A stretch of 64,000 bases of DNA from Rhizophagus irregularis (taxonomy: Eukaryota): assembly GCF_026210795.1 (NCBI RefSeq), contig NC_089429.1:4154001-4218000 (forward strand), read 5' to 3'. This document shows, piece after piece, positions 1-12,945 of this stretch. A program made the translations under genes and the position numbers. The notes beneath the pieces are model-generated. The model did no database searches. It was given only the letters and a program-made list of their open reading frames with translations, and was not told the origin of the DNA. The first letter of the stretch is position 1, and each line of letters starts with the position of its first letter.

Positions 1-156
1 AACCGATCTACAAAAAAAATTTTTATATAAATTTATCTGGATTTCGGTTTTTATCTGGATATATCCGGATTTTTATCCGAAATGGATAACCCGGATAAAA
101 CTGGATAATTTTTTTATTTTATCCGGATGACGGTTTCTATCCGAATCCAAATACTA
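1..156. mobile_element. Right end of a hAT-like/MITE element (terminus TAGTATTTGGATTCGG on - strand) with ATCCG/CGGAT subterminal motifs
   Basis: Dense ATCCG/CGGAT motifs ending at ATACTA (151-156); similar layout to the end at 49440-49551. The other end lies outside the window, so no TSD can be checked. Confidence 0.45.
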
Positions 157-1006
157 GGCGTGACGATGTGATAAATAAAAACAGATCACGTGATCAAAGA
201 ATTTTTCTGGGTGCTGTTGGGTTATATCAGTCTACTACTCTACTCACGTGACTTTACAGTTGTTGACCAATTAACATCTTACTTAAGACTGTGACCTTGG
301 GTCATGCATGTGAAAAAAGTTTACCTGAAAAATATGCATCTGGTATGTTACATGAGGATACAAATTGTACCACCAGAAGTACGAAATATATTTATCGCAG
401 TTAATGCAGTAAATGAACCAATTACGTTATTTTGTACATATTTGTACCAAATGTATATAATAGAACTGGACTCCGTTTCAAGTTGTGTCTTGCTCTATAG
501 TTAAAATTCCAGGACATTTTTTATAAACATAAATGGCCAAAAAACGAGAAATATAGGACTTACTAGCGTTATTTATCACTTATTATCACTACGAAAACTG
601 TTACTTATTCTCTTTCGACTTCAGATTTAGTATAAAATAATGTTAGAAACATACACTTTGTTCCATTCTATTCCTTATCAATATAAAAATACGATTTGTG
701 CTTATTTTAGTATTAAAAATTATACCGCTATTCCTTTTATTTCAACGTCTCTCAAAAGACTCTACCAAGCGATTCTTTAGTCTTTCTAGCGTCCTAGAAC
801 AATTACTCGTAACTGCACCACAAAATCAAAATTAAAGGAAACAAGCTGATATTTATATCAGTCGGAGACTGCTCAAAGAGCAAAATGGTTTTTTTTTACA
901 CAATATCACTGAAATAAAAATATTGTTGAATGCGTAAAAACAATATGACTCCAATACGCAAAATATGCACTCCAATACGCCAAATATGCTGATTTCTTTA
1001 CTATAG

Positions 1007-1418
1007 GATGAATATTATTCAGATAGGCTGAATGGATTACTGAGGGACAAGAAGATAATTGATCAATATGACTTTTATGATCTCGCTATTTCTAAGACTA
1101 TTGGCTCTGGAGGATCTGCTTCTGTTTACGCCACAAATTGGAAGAATACATTAACAGTTTATGCAATCAAAAAATCTGTTAATAACAAAGAGGTAGGTTT
1201 GTCACTGACAACATTTTTTATCTTATTTGTAAATTATTTATATAATATTTTCTTTTTTTTAGGTTTATTTAATGATCATGGCTAATTCTCATGAAAATAT
1301 AATTCAATTTCGTGGAGTTACAAAGTTTGAAGGTGAGTAACAATTACATATGCCTATATTTAAGTATTTTGTTAATGTATTGTTATTTTCTTAGATGAAA
1401 AAAATATTCGCTTATTAT
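1007..1418 (+). pseudogene. Tyrosine-kinase-like protein kinase, N-lobe fragment (3 exons), truncated
   Basis: Manual translation gives IGSGGSASVY...YAIKK | ...SHENIIQFRGVTK | DEKKYSLIM with GT-AG introns; similarity stops at about 1418. Confidence 0.8.
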
Positions 1419-2002
1419 GTGCCGAAACGTATGAGCTCGTTCCTATAGCACTGGCAGATATAAAATGAACCAAACTGTTTTGTATGTCTCAATCTGTGCT
1501 TCCAAATTTTAACAATTTATATGAAAATTGTTAATACAAAATGAATGTCAGCTGACCATCTGTGTGGCTTCAGGTGATACCTTTTCGAGTATGGGACATT
1601 TTTATTCAAAGTCCTGTCCCAAGTTCTGATTTTCTCATGCACAAACTGATTTGGGCGTTCATCAGATTGATTAGATTTAAATTTATTGAATGTGCCTTTG
1701 TGAGTTTTATTATTATTTGTTTATGCGAATTTTGGGGAGGATTATGCATCCTTCAACAATATCTAGAAATTCTCTTTTCGCACTTTGCAGCGAATTTAAA
1801 CTGCTTTTGTCTTAATTAAGGGCATTTGTTTATCACTTCATGCACCTTCCAGAGTGCACGCTTTGCGTTCCAATTTTTTATGCATAATACTTGGTGCATA
1901 CAATTACATTATTTAAGAGGGCTACTTCATTTTAAAAAAAAATTTCTTCTTTAAAATTGCTCTTTTCATAAAATATTATCCTCTTCTCCAATACTCTGAA
2001 AA

Positions 2003-2675
2003 ATGTCTCTAGTTCCATTATATTGGATAGTATCACAAAATTCTGGAAAGGTTCTTGATGTTATAGATGGCTCCACTCAAGTTAATTCCAGAGTTGTTCA
2101 ATATCACAAAAAATCTTCAGAGATGTGTATTACGTTCAAAATAGATAGCGTAGTATATTCTGTTTTCTATCAAACTTTTTTCTAATTTTTATTTTAGGTT
2201 GTGGATAGCCAACTCTGGTTTTTTGATAACAACTGATATATCTGTAATAAGAAATCCGGTCTAGTGATTGGTGTCGATGGACGTAAGTAATTTGGTTAAT
2301 TAGAATTGGGTGTAACTTATTTTCCGAACTTTAAATTTCCTTTCCTCTCTTAATCCAGCCACTGATCCTGGTTCAGATTTAAATAATGCAACAGTGATTC
2401 AAATTAATAAGAAAGATGGTCATAGATGGGTCTATGATGACATTAACAATCATATCACCTTGATTGATACAAACTTTGCTTTTGATCTTAGGGTAGGATC
2501 TTATTATTCACTGAATTACTTTCAAGATTAAGTAGATCTAATTCTAATTGTTCTTATACAGGCCAACTCTAGTGATGAGAACGTGCTTGTCTTGTATGCG
2601 AAAAATTCAGAGCTGTGGTAACGATTCACTTTACATTTTTATGATGCAGTTCCTATGGACAAGCTTGACGACTAG
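2003..2675 (+). pseudogene. Ricin-B (CBM13) beta-trefoil lectin, 4 exons, two in-frame stops
   Basis: SQNSGKVLDV...SQLWFF...NKKSGLVIGV...HRW...AFDL QxW-type repeats; TGA in exon 2 and TAA (probably from CAA) in the last exon. Confidence 0.75.
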
Positions 2676-2999
2676 TTCAGTTTTCAAATTATAGTAATTA
2701 CTACGTCATGTTAGCATACATCGGAAATATTAATGTTTCCGTTCACATAGGAAAAGTGATCGGCTTTTTTATCTCACAAAAATATAATAAAAAGCTTTAT
2801 TTTGATTTTAAACGTGTGCACGTTTTCGTGATCGAATAGGTAATAGAAATTATTTTACATCTCAACCAAGTTCTCGGTAAGGAAATGCCAAAATTTTTTT
2901 TCGCACCTCTCGTAAAGAAATAAATTGTGAAAATTTCCACCAGGGTCCCTTTATTGATAAGAATACATTTACATGATTAAAAAACAAATAAATGAAAAT

Positions 3000-4600
3000 T
3001 ATTTTTTCGACTTCTGTTGATTTAAATTAATGTTTGATTTGCGTCTCTTTGGAGGTAAAATTGTTTTAGCTGTCTTTTCATCGGAAACATCACTATTTTC
3101 CGCTTTATTTTTCTCGAGATAAGCTATAAGTTTTTGTAACGTACATATGATCGCAGTCTGTTATATACAGAAAATCGCCGTAAGTTACTAGGTTCCTAAA
3201 CACATATCACTAAGAGATTAAAATTACCCTTAAAGTTAGCAATGAATGGATTAATGGATAAATCGTCTCGGTTGATACCATATGTAACGGTATAGTTGCT
3301 CGAGTTAACAGACAATTTTTGAGGATACCGTATTCCATATTCATGCTATAAACCCTTAAATCATCTCCTAAAAAAGTCCTCATAAGAATATATGCAATAA
3401 TGAATTAATTTACATTGCACATACCTGCGACATTAATAGAAAATATCGATAAAAGGTTGCTCAATATCCCTTTCTTGATAAATTGTTTAAGATGCGTTTT
3501 TGTGTAATCCATCAAATTTTTACTAAGGCGTGCCAACTTTAAACGGTCTTGTTCCTGTTTTCGTTTATGAGAATTAGGGCGACCTGTTTCCATATTCAGA
3601 ATATCCACTCTCTCGTTATTCACATATGCAACAAGCATAAAGTCTGGTCTGCAGGCACTACAAGAATCTCCTTTTTGCACAGCATCAGGCCAACTAGCCA
3701 TATCGCCCCTAATAAAAAATATATCACCTCAGATTTCTATGGAAATATTTAAGAAACCAGTTTCACTCACCATATTGTCCATGATTTATTATTTACTGGC
3801 AAATCTCTAAAAGCAATATTAAATAATGGTGCCAAAACTTCGCAAACATATGAACCCTCATTTATTATCGTCTGGTTTAAAACATAAGACCTATATTTTG
3901 GCGAAAACCAGACTTGACGCCTAATACTATATTAATTTCTCGCATTGAAGGATCCAAGTCCAACCCACCAGTAAAACATGAATTTAGTAAATTACATACA
4001 ATGCTTCCAAAAATCGTTTTATCAACATTTCTATTTCTTCTGAGGGCTCTATCCACTCGCCAAATGGAGGGTCAAATGTTGAAGGCAGGGATACTTTTGT
4101 CCTAATATTCACCTCTTGAAAAAAATCGTCGCAAGTTCGTGACACTACATCATTACTTGGCAAAGTATATTTTTTCTTAGTGTCTTGTTCAAAAATATTA
4201 CGAAGGGATTCTGGCATATCGGAGATAGGTTTCGATTCAGCATCTAATATGCCAGAACATAGAGGGTGATTATAAGGCAGTTGAGCTACGTCTATTTCTT
4301 CTAAGTCATTTCCCAATCTTTTCCACAAAAGTTTTTCAGTCCCTGATTTTGCTTTTGATATAGCCTGAAATCTGTTAGCGAACAATAATTGCGAATAGGG
4401 AAAATACTACTACATGAACATCATACATGAGCCACATTTCCCTTTAGTATCTTTAGATTCTCTTCTGCATGGTCAATCCAAGAATCCACATCTACATTCT
4501 ATGACGTCAACATTGACACCATTATAACAACATCTTAATGGTCATGTTCTTGACTAATATTAAATCACCTTATACATACTAGCGCATCCAGCTCTAGAAG
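3000..4600 (-). pseudogene. Disrupted multi-exon gene with a PD-(D/E)XK nuclease-like domain
   Basis: ORF pieces 3984-4385 and 3405-3701 with RPDF...E-TG...K...DRLKLARL, a motif pattern seen in Mucoromycota restriction-endonuclease-fold proteins; frames are broken and limits approximate. Confidence 0.5.
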
Positions 4601-6269
4601 GGAGGTGATATCTTCGAAAGCGATTCTCGTCTAAACAAATTCAAAAAGGTTACTTAACGTCCAATAAAGAAAAAAATAATATAAGATAACCCAGCGGGTT
4701 CAGATATATTGCGTGAAGCGCAATCCCCTCCAGGTATTATAATGCTATTTCTTCATAAGGCCTATATAACAGATATTGGTCATGATCGCAAGTGCTAATA
4801 ATGTAACAGTAATAATCCAAATACTATCTTCACCAGACATTACTAATATGCTTTCGCAATACGATCATTGTGCACAAACTAAAATAATTATCATGCGAAC
4901 CATATTTTAATAAAACATTAACATGTTCGTACCCTTTGTTTCAACTCTTCGCCTTGCCCGAAACTCTGGAGTCTATATAGACGCAACTTATCCTTGGCTG
5001 GTACGAGCTTTTTAACCCTTTCCAATGTTTGAACAAAATTCTGAACTTTTTTATTATAATCACCAGTCCAACTACCAGTTCTAACCTGTTTATATAAAGC
5101 AGTTGTGACTGTGATATTCGATACCGGAATAAAGTCAATAAGAAATTTTCCATTATCGTATGTTTATAACTTAGCTTGCTGAAAAATAACGTAAGATACA
5201 ATAACTTGCCCTACCTACCATTTTAAATACCCACAATTTCTATTCACGTCCCCTCTGGATCCGAGTTCATATTTGGGGTCTGAAGCATAAGAGTATGCAA
5301 TAACTCTATGCCAAAGCTTTGTGTTCGAGAATAAGAGCATGCAGAACGTGCATTGAAGATCTCGACAATTACAAAAGCATTGGGGTCATGATGTATAAAT
5401 TTTTTATTTTACTCATACTTCACTGGCTCCCGACCTCCCGATACTAAGGCCTGCAAACATTATTTAAATGGGTTTGGTCAGAATGTATTAAAATAGTTGT
5501 AGTTCCGGAGTGAAGATACAGTATATTAATAAATATTCTGCAATGGAAAAAATCAAAAAAATCAAAATATTTTTGGGGTCATTTCTTATGTGAAATATTT
5601 TGTTACACAAGTTGTTGCACTGCTATCATATATACCTTAACGAGAATTAAACCATGCTTATTTGTGTCGCACAGCTCAGAACATATTATTTTATAACTGT
5701 TAGTATAGTTTCTTAAATGTTATAGCTGACCATAATTTTAGGAAGAAAGAATAGTCTTTGTGAATACTGTTGCAATTGAATTTTAAAGAATGAAATCAAA
5801 AATATTGCGAAATTCAACTGAACTAGAAAGTGAAAGTAGATACCTCTCATTAGTTCGCAAATGTTTGGTACTTGAGTTCAGAGAAAATATATTCGAATTT
5901 CGCTATCATTCATATTTTATTCTGTTAACAATGTAAATTCGTTGTCATCGAGAAGACATAAAATGCATGTTCTACATGCGACATGGAAGAAATGACGTAG
6001 CATAAAAAATATGTTGCACAGTCATTTTTTACCCTAACCAAAACTGGTATTGTGATTTCCCTAATTAGAAACTATCTTCGAATTACAACATTGAGTCGTT
6101 CTCTTGATTACTAAAATAAGTTATACGAATCAATATTCTTGTGATTTAAAACATATTTTAATCGTCGATCAACTAATAAAATCGATTCGCAATCCACGTA
6201 ATACACATATCTAATTTTGTTCTTCGAACAGTCTGTAGAACGAAATTTGAAAAAAACCAGTAGTAAATC

Positions 6270-7411
6270 ATGGCATTTTTAACAGCTAATAATAAAAACG
6301 TGTCTCTCCGTGACGTTGACAATACTTTTTACAAAATCAAGGCATTACATATTAGTTTACTTAATACAGAAGACACTATAGATTACTTAAAATACGAGTG
6401 TGTTGCATCTTGATGATACTCACTTTATGTTTTTCGTGAACATGAAATAACTGGATATGTCTTTCCTGACATGACCGAAAAAAATTCCTAAGCTATGGTT
6501 TGAAAGAAGGTTCAGCAGCTTCACTCGCAAAATTTGCCAAGGAATGCAAGACGCAAACAGAAAAAAGTGTTCCACAGACTAATCCTTTGAAAGAAATTGA
6601 ATTTTATGACGTAGTCGAATTTGTGAAAAATAAGTTGAACCTAAATACGGAACAAATAAAAAAGTAACAAAACGAGGTAAAGGTTGTGTTTCAATTGTAT
6701 TACAGAAACATTACCAATTTCTTTATTCATAAATCTCTCAAATAGTAGAGAATTCAAATTTTGGAAGATTGTAGTTTAAAATCTCAGGGTATAAACAGTG
6801 AAGCGAACTTAAACATTGCAATTGATCGAATTAATGAAAAGATGTCTCTTCTGTTAGAACACAAAAAAGAAGAATACCAGGTGCATGGTAAATATATATT
6901 GTAATAATTTAATAATAAAAATCTGCTGTCTTTGACGGTATTCAGTTATGTCAAATACTTATTTTTTATCATAGCAAATAACACAGAACTCAGACAACGA
7001 AAAAAATGATGAAGAGGAGAAGAAAAATACTGATAAAGTGCGTTCATCGGACAATGTTATAGGTAAGTTCACCCTTGGATAAAACTAAACAGATCATGTT
7101 ATGCTTGTTGGGAAGTTACAAAGTAATGTACTTGTGTGTTTATTTTTTATTTTATGGTTTCACCAGATACTATCGATACTACTAATACTTTTAATCAATT
7201 TCAAGAAGAGCTTGACAATTATATCAATAAAAGTACTCCAACAGAGGGAAAATATACCTGCTCAATCTGTAATAAAAACCTAGTCTCAGACAAGACATTA
7301 ACTAGATATATTACTGAACAACATACAAACAAACGTTACCGTTGTAACTAATGCACATATGAATGCAAACAGTTAGATAACTTAAACTCGCATAAAATGC
7401 GAAAACATTAG
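6270..7411 (+). pseudogene. SAM-like domain plus two C2H2 zinc fingers, with frameshifts and stops
   Basis: LHLDDTHF..REHEITGYVF..MTEKKFLSYGLKEGSAASLAKFAKECK (SAM-like); C-terminal YTCSICNK...EQH and YRCN*CTYECKQLDNLNSHKMRKH. Confidence 0.65.
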
Positions 7412-10152
7412 CCGTACAAAAATTTATGTAATCGGTTTCTTGTGTTTTTTTTTAGCAAAAAAATTGGTAACTATTTTGTAACGTAATTAGTATGTTAACG
7501 AAATACAATATACATGATCTAATAGTTTTTTATATTCATTGTTGATCAGTACTCATTCAGTGTGGGTAACTTGGTGGTAATTCATAAACCACATCATGAA
7601 TTTAATGATACAGACATAGTCAATCGTCTACTTTAATAACAATCCTCAAGAAACGATCACCTCGTGAGCAAAGCTCAGACTAATATAACTCCAAAAACCG
7701 TTTCACTAGATTCTATCTAGGACTGGAGGAGCCAGTAACTACGTTCCTAGGAATAATGAGAATGAAAACCAAAAAAAATAATGGTTAACGATAACATTCA
7801 TATGCATTATTGTGTAGAAGAGCGGCATTATAGCATTACGCTCTGCGCCTCCTGGTAATAATGGCAACCGTAATCATAACCAAAGGTCTTATTTACCAGA
7901 GGTTTTAGGAGATAATCTCATAATGGGAAATGATCAAAGTCACGTGATTTTGAACCTATTCTTCTCCGCTGTTGTCCACTCATATTCTTTTCACGTTATC
8001 TTCTATCCGCAATATCTGCAATCGATATTCAAGGGATACTTCATATCTACCGAATCATACAACTACATTGCAAAGCAATACCCTACAGGTCATTCACTGT
8101 AATCAAATAACATCAAAATGTATACGAAAAATCTTCGTGATTTTTTGAGGAATGAGGATACTTCAACCTATTCCATGAAATTATGAAGATCACACTTGGA
8201 AGAAAATGTGGCACGTCATACCATCATAAACTACTTCGCATAGAACAAGGATTGGATCTTAGTATGCATCAATTTTTTCTTTTGCATGAGCATGGGTTTT
8301 ACCCAGCCAAGGGCTCTTGCCCTACCCTCTGGGTACGAAGTAGATTCCATCTCCCCATAGGATACTATGTAGAACTGGAGTAACTAGGACTTTATCCCAG
8401 AAGATACATACCCATTAATGGGTTTGTGATAACCATCATTTATACGTTATGATTAATAAATCAATGGTCGCAACAAAATCCCTAGTCCATTAGGAGCTTC
8501 GAAGAAGTGATTTTTCGAGGAACGAGGGACTTGGCGTAGCCTTTCGAAGAAATAGCCCATTCCATGAAATCATAGAGGGAGGAGGTTCTAGGAACCTAGG
8601 TTCATAGGCCCAAAGGGCACATGCGGTAACATTTGTTTTTCGAAATATTGATCTTATTCTTATTTCAATAATACGTCAGCTATATTTCTTTGGAGATTTC
8701 TCGTTTTTGGCAATAATTTTCATGATGCATTTATTATCTCTTCGTGTTTGAGAAATTCAAGCTACATACCTGAAGGATATCCCATATGTATGTTGAATTT
8801 GCTCTTTGAGCGGTCTCTGACTGATGAAGTAACTCGAATTAATGAACGTGTAGATAAAAAGGAAGGACGATAATTTGTTAATAGCATGAAGTCAATACAG
8901 AAAAATAAGAATAGCTAATAGGTTCCAAATATTGGAGCATTAGTGTAATTTACGGGGTATAATAAATACGCATGTAAAGATAATAGTAGTATTGTGAATT
9001 TTTTTTTGTAATATTTAGCTCTTCGAGCAGTCTCCGACCGTGTCCTAATAAAGAATATATTTATTGTGTAATATTTGGTGTTTGATACTCTCTCCTTGCG
9101 TCTGTTAAGAATTTGACACGTTTACGTTTACATATTTTCAAATCATACTATGGTCAACAGAAATGATCAAGGGTGATAGTACTAAAGACAATTTTATTCG
9201 TTGATGAAAGGCACATGATTTTTTATGTCCTTTGTATGACAGATGTAGATCGTTACCAGAAAAACTAATGTTATATAACGAGACCGTGACCCTTGGGTCA
9301 CAGACTCACAGTTGCTTTATTTTATTGTGCATGTATCAGTTGTATCACGTAGGATGAAATTTATTAAAATGGTAAAGTCTACACAATTTTTTGACACTTC
9401 TCCCAGTAATTTTGTTTCTGCTCTACTTAACTAGGCAAAGGAGTCATTTACTATTCATATTCGTCTATTTATATTATAGAGAAAATATTGTATACAAGAT
9501 ATTTCTAAACACGCTAACACTACTTCTGTACAATGTCTAATGACGAGCAGTACTACTATTATGACGTTTAGTATCTCTGATTGAATTTTTTGGAAACAAA
9601 GTATTGGAAAGCGAAGTAATTTTATATAGTTTCTCAATTACATTAGTAGACTGCTTAGTGGACAATAAAGAGTGTCGGTAACAGTATTTTTTGTTCAGAG
9701 CAAAATATTTGTTTACGATATCACCGGTCAAATGATGACAAATAGGGAACCAATAAGATGGAAATCAGGTTACCTGATTTCCATCTTATTGGTCCCCTAT
9801 TTTTTTTGTTTATTATCAATCGGGAGAATCCCGATTGCTACCAAAAAATGGCGCAATAAGAGTACATTAGGGTTCCAATCAGGATATTCAAATAGAGTAT
9901 AATCAGATATTTAAATAGAGTACAATCGGGTTACAATAGGCCATTTACTATTTGACATATCAGTATACCGATTGTTAACTTTTCAACCAATAAAAAATCT
10001 TCTGATTGCCATACATTTTTATTTTAAATTTACAGTTTTATTAATTATATTTTGGTTAGTTTACTAAATACGATTATATATTAATTATTAAAATTATAAA
10101 AATCGGTTTTACAGAAATAAATTTATTGCTAAATTATTATTATATAATTGAA

Positions 10153-12298
10153 TCATCCCACCGATTTACTACTATTACTACTATCGTATTCTTCCGAAAC
10201 AAGACTTACACTTCTCTTTTTCCTTTTTTTCCTATCGTCCACTTCTTCATCCTGCTCTTTTTCCTGATCTTCGTTCTTTTCTCCACCGGTTGCATCGTCA
10301 TCTTCCTGGCTTTTATCGTCGTCTTCTTGGATTTTATTATCGTCTTCCTGGCTTTTATCATCGTCTTCCTGGCTTTTATCATCATCTTCTTGGATTTTAT
10401 CATCGTCTTCTTGGATTTTATCGTCGTCTTCCTGGCTTTTATCGTCCTCTACCTCTTCGCGATTAGCACTATATTTTTCCACTAAATGTTTCAACGATCC
10501 TTTGTAACCGACTTTTGCCCATTTGGGGGCATTAACGGATGCACTGTCCTCATTAGGAGCATATTCAGTATCATACACCTGTTTTCTTACGCGTCGAGCA
10601 TTTAACGCCGCATTATCGACGTAATTTCGTAAAAAAGAGCGTAGCTATAAAAAAAAAGAATAATAAAAATACGAATTATTATGCACCGATTGGTAAAAAT
10701 TATTCGAATACTTACGGTAGCTGATCTCCATTTGAGATCCCGTATGATGATCTTTCGCTTATTAGAGTTATCGCTATCGGTCTCCGATACCTCCAGACTG
10801 TGGTATCGATTATCAGTCTGAAGAGGCCGGAGCTCGTTGGTGTGGAACTTATTTATCAATCGATCTTTTAATTTTTTTAACTTGTTGATAGTTTTATTTC
10901 GTCTTTCCCGCTTCTAAATAATTAATAGAAAATTATAAGATAAGGTAATATAAAAACAACGATTTAATATTTACATCACTTCATCTTGAATTTGTATGCT
11001 TTCTTCTTTTTTTGAGATTTTTCCAATTGGCATCCCTCTCGCTATTGAGTAGTAGCTCTCTCTGGTGACGATGTCTCTCATGCACGATATGCTTAATCAC
11101 ACCGTCGGAAATATATTCTTATTGATCATTTTTTGTACTACCAGAATTATGTTATTTTGGACCAACTTTCGCTGACTATCAAAAGTTTTCCTAGTATTTA
11201 ATGCTTTGTCTTCCAGAAGTCAGTCCATAATTCCGGCAATTTCGTTCTAATCGTAAGAATATCAACTGATTAGCAAACAATCTAGGGAATTAAACTGAAC
11301 TAAAAAAAAAAATAGTTACCCTTAAAGCAGTCCTTAGATCCCGATCCATTTTCTCGTAATGATGAAATGACGAATTTGAGGATGAAAATGAGGAGGATGG
11401 GGATGGGGATGGAGATGGAGATGGGGATGAGGATGAGGATGACGATGACGATGAGGATGAGGATGGAGGCGGGGCACTTTTTGATGATCCGGCAACTCCA
11501 TATTCTTTTGATGATCTGGCAATTTTATAAGCTTGGATATATCGGTTCTTCTTCGGTGATCGGGATACGTATTGGCTCTTTTCTGGAGAATCTGAGGTTT
11601 CTACTCCTGACCAGTTAATAATCATATCTTTCAGATTTGCTGCTTTTTGTTTACCTTTCGTTATTTTCTGGATCAACCGACTCAATTCTTCGACCTGCTC
11701 CTGGAACGCTAAAAAAGAAAAATTGTGATAAAATTGATAAAATTTGATAATCTTATTATAATATACTTATAATATATACATTAATAACATACTGGTTTGA
11801 TCATTATCTCTCTCATCCTGTTGAATCAGATCATCATCGTCATCGTCAACTAAGTCAATTACACTGTACTTTTGGCCTTTTTGGCCTTTCATTGGTTCCG
11901 ATTAACGTCTTTTTGTTCGTTTTTCTTTATCGAGTACTTTAAATTCATAATCATTAGGTGATATAATAAATTCGGGCATAATTACATAAATATATCGAAA
12001 TATACCAATATTTCTTTGTTCGTCTTCAACAAAGTCGATTAAAGTGGGCTTTTGTCTTTTCGTTGGTTTAATATTAGATATCGATCGCTAATAAATCGAG
12101 AAATTAAAGAATCTGATGAAAATCAAATAAATTAAATTACCGTTGTTTGTCCATTTGTTTCTTTGGAACCGTTTTATTGGTCTTTCGCACTTTAGCTTCA
12201 GGTTTTTCGCTATTGGAGGATTCTATATCCGAGTGGTACCGTTTTCCAGATTTTTTCTTTTTTTTATGTTTTTCATGTTTTTTATGTTTTTTAGTCAT
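10153..12298 (-). pseudogene. Transposon accessory protein (multi-exon): basic N-terminus, Ser/Pro run, YHSxExS...LxWRS motif, acidic QEDDDK repeats
   Basis: ORF pieces 11290-11685, 10602-10859 and 10153-10578 joined by GT-AG introns; ATG at 12298; homologous to 33332-35706. Confidence 0.65.
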
Positions 12299-12663
12299 AT
12301 TTAATTATAATATTTCAGTAAGAATATGTTTTAGTAAATTTACGGATAGAAAAATATAGGGTTATGTTACAAAAATCGGTAACAAGCGAGAAGAAAAAGT
12401 CAAGTCTAAATTAGCTTATATATATATTCCCGATAGTTTATTTTAGCTTAAATAGACTGATTTAATTAACTGTTACTATTAATATATTTAAAAATAAAAA
12501 TAAACTGATTTAATTAACCGTTGCAATTAATATTAAAAATAGTAGCGATAGTGATTTTCTCGCAATTTCTACAATTTATACGTTCATACGATTAATTGAT
12601 ACATAAAATTCATTTATTCAATCATGATTGATATTATTATTTTTTAATTAATTGCAATAAGAT

Positions 12664-12840
12664 AACTGATTGATATATTATTTTTAAGAATTTATTTAAT
12701 CAACTAAATGAAATAAGCTAACTGATTGATATGGCAATTTTAAGTATTTATTTAATCAACTAAATGAAATAAATTAATTGATTGATATGGAAATTTTAAG
12801 AATTTATTTAATCAACTAAATGAAATAAGTTAACTGATTG
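12664..12840. repeat. 56-bp tandem repeat (~3 copies) between divergent genes
   Basis: Units start at 12664, 12720, 12776 and (partial) 12832. Confidence 0.9.
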
Positions 12841-12945
12841 AAAACTAATTACGATGAATTTTATAAACAAACTTCAAAGTTATTAAATCAGGTTATTTAA
12901 ATTTAAAATAAAATTGGGTTGGTAAATATTTATATCAAACCAAAT

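Noticed and set aside
4690..4740. TTGCG-TGAAG-CGCAA hairpin followed by CCAGGT as a Helitron 3' end
   Set aside because: No clean CTRR terminus and no matching 5' end; too short to support.
7590..8900. Higher-GC stretch that looks like decayed coding sequence
   Set aside because: No recognisable motif in the frames I examined; needs BLASTx.
288..9305. GTGACC(C)TTGGGTCA palindrome at ~291 and ~9286 as element ends
   Set aside because: Short match, no extended similarity or TSD.
10126..10485. Hydrophobic or His/Met-rich ORFs in the track (10126, 11334, 11367, 41451, 41527, 44791, 45059, 55612, 55647)
   Set aside because: They are antisense or off-frame readings of acidic and Ser-rich coding repeats.
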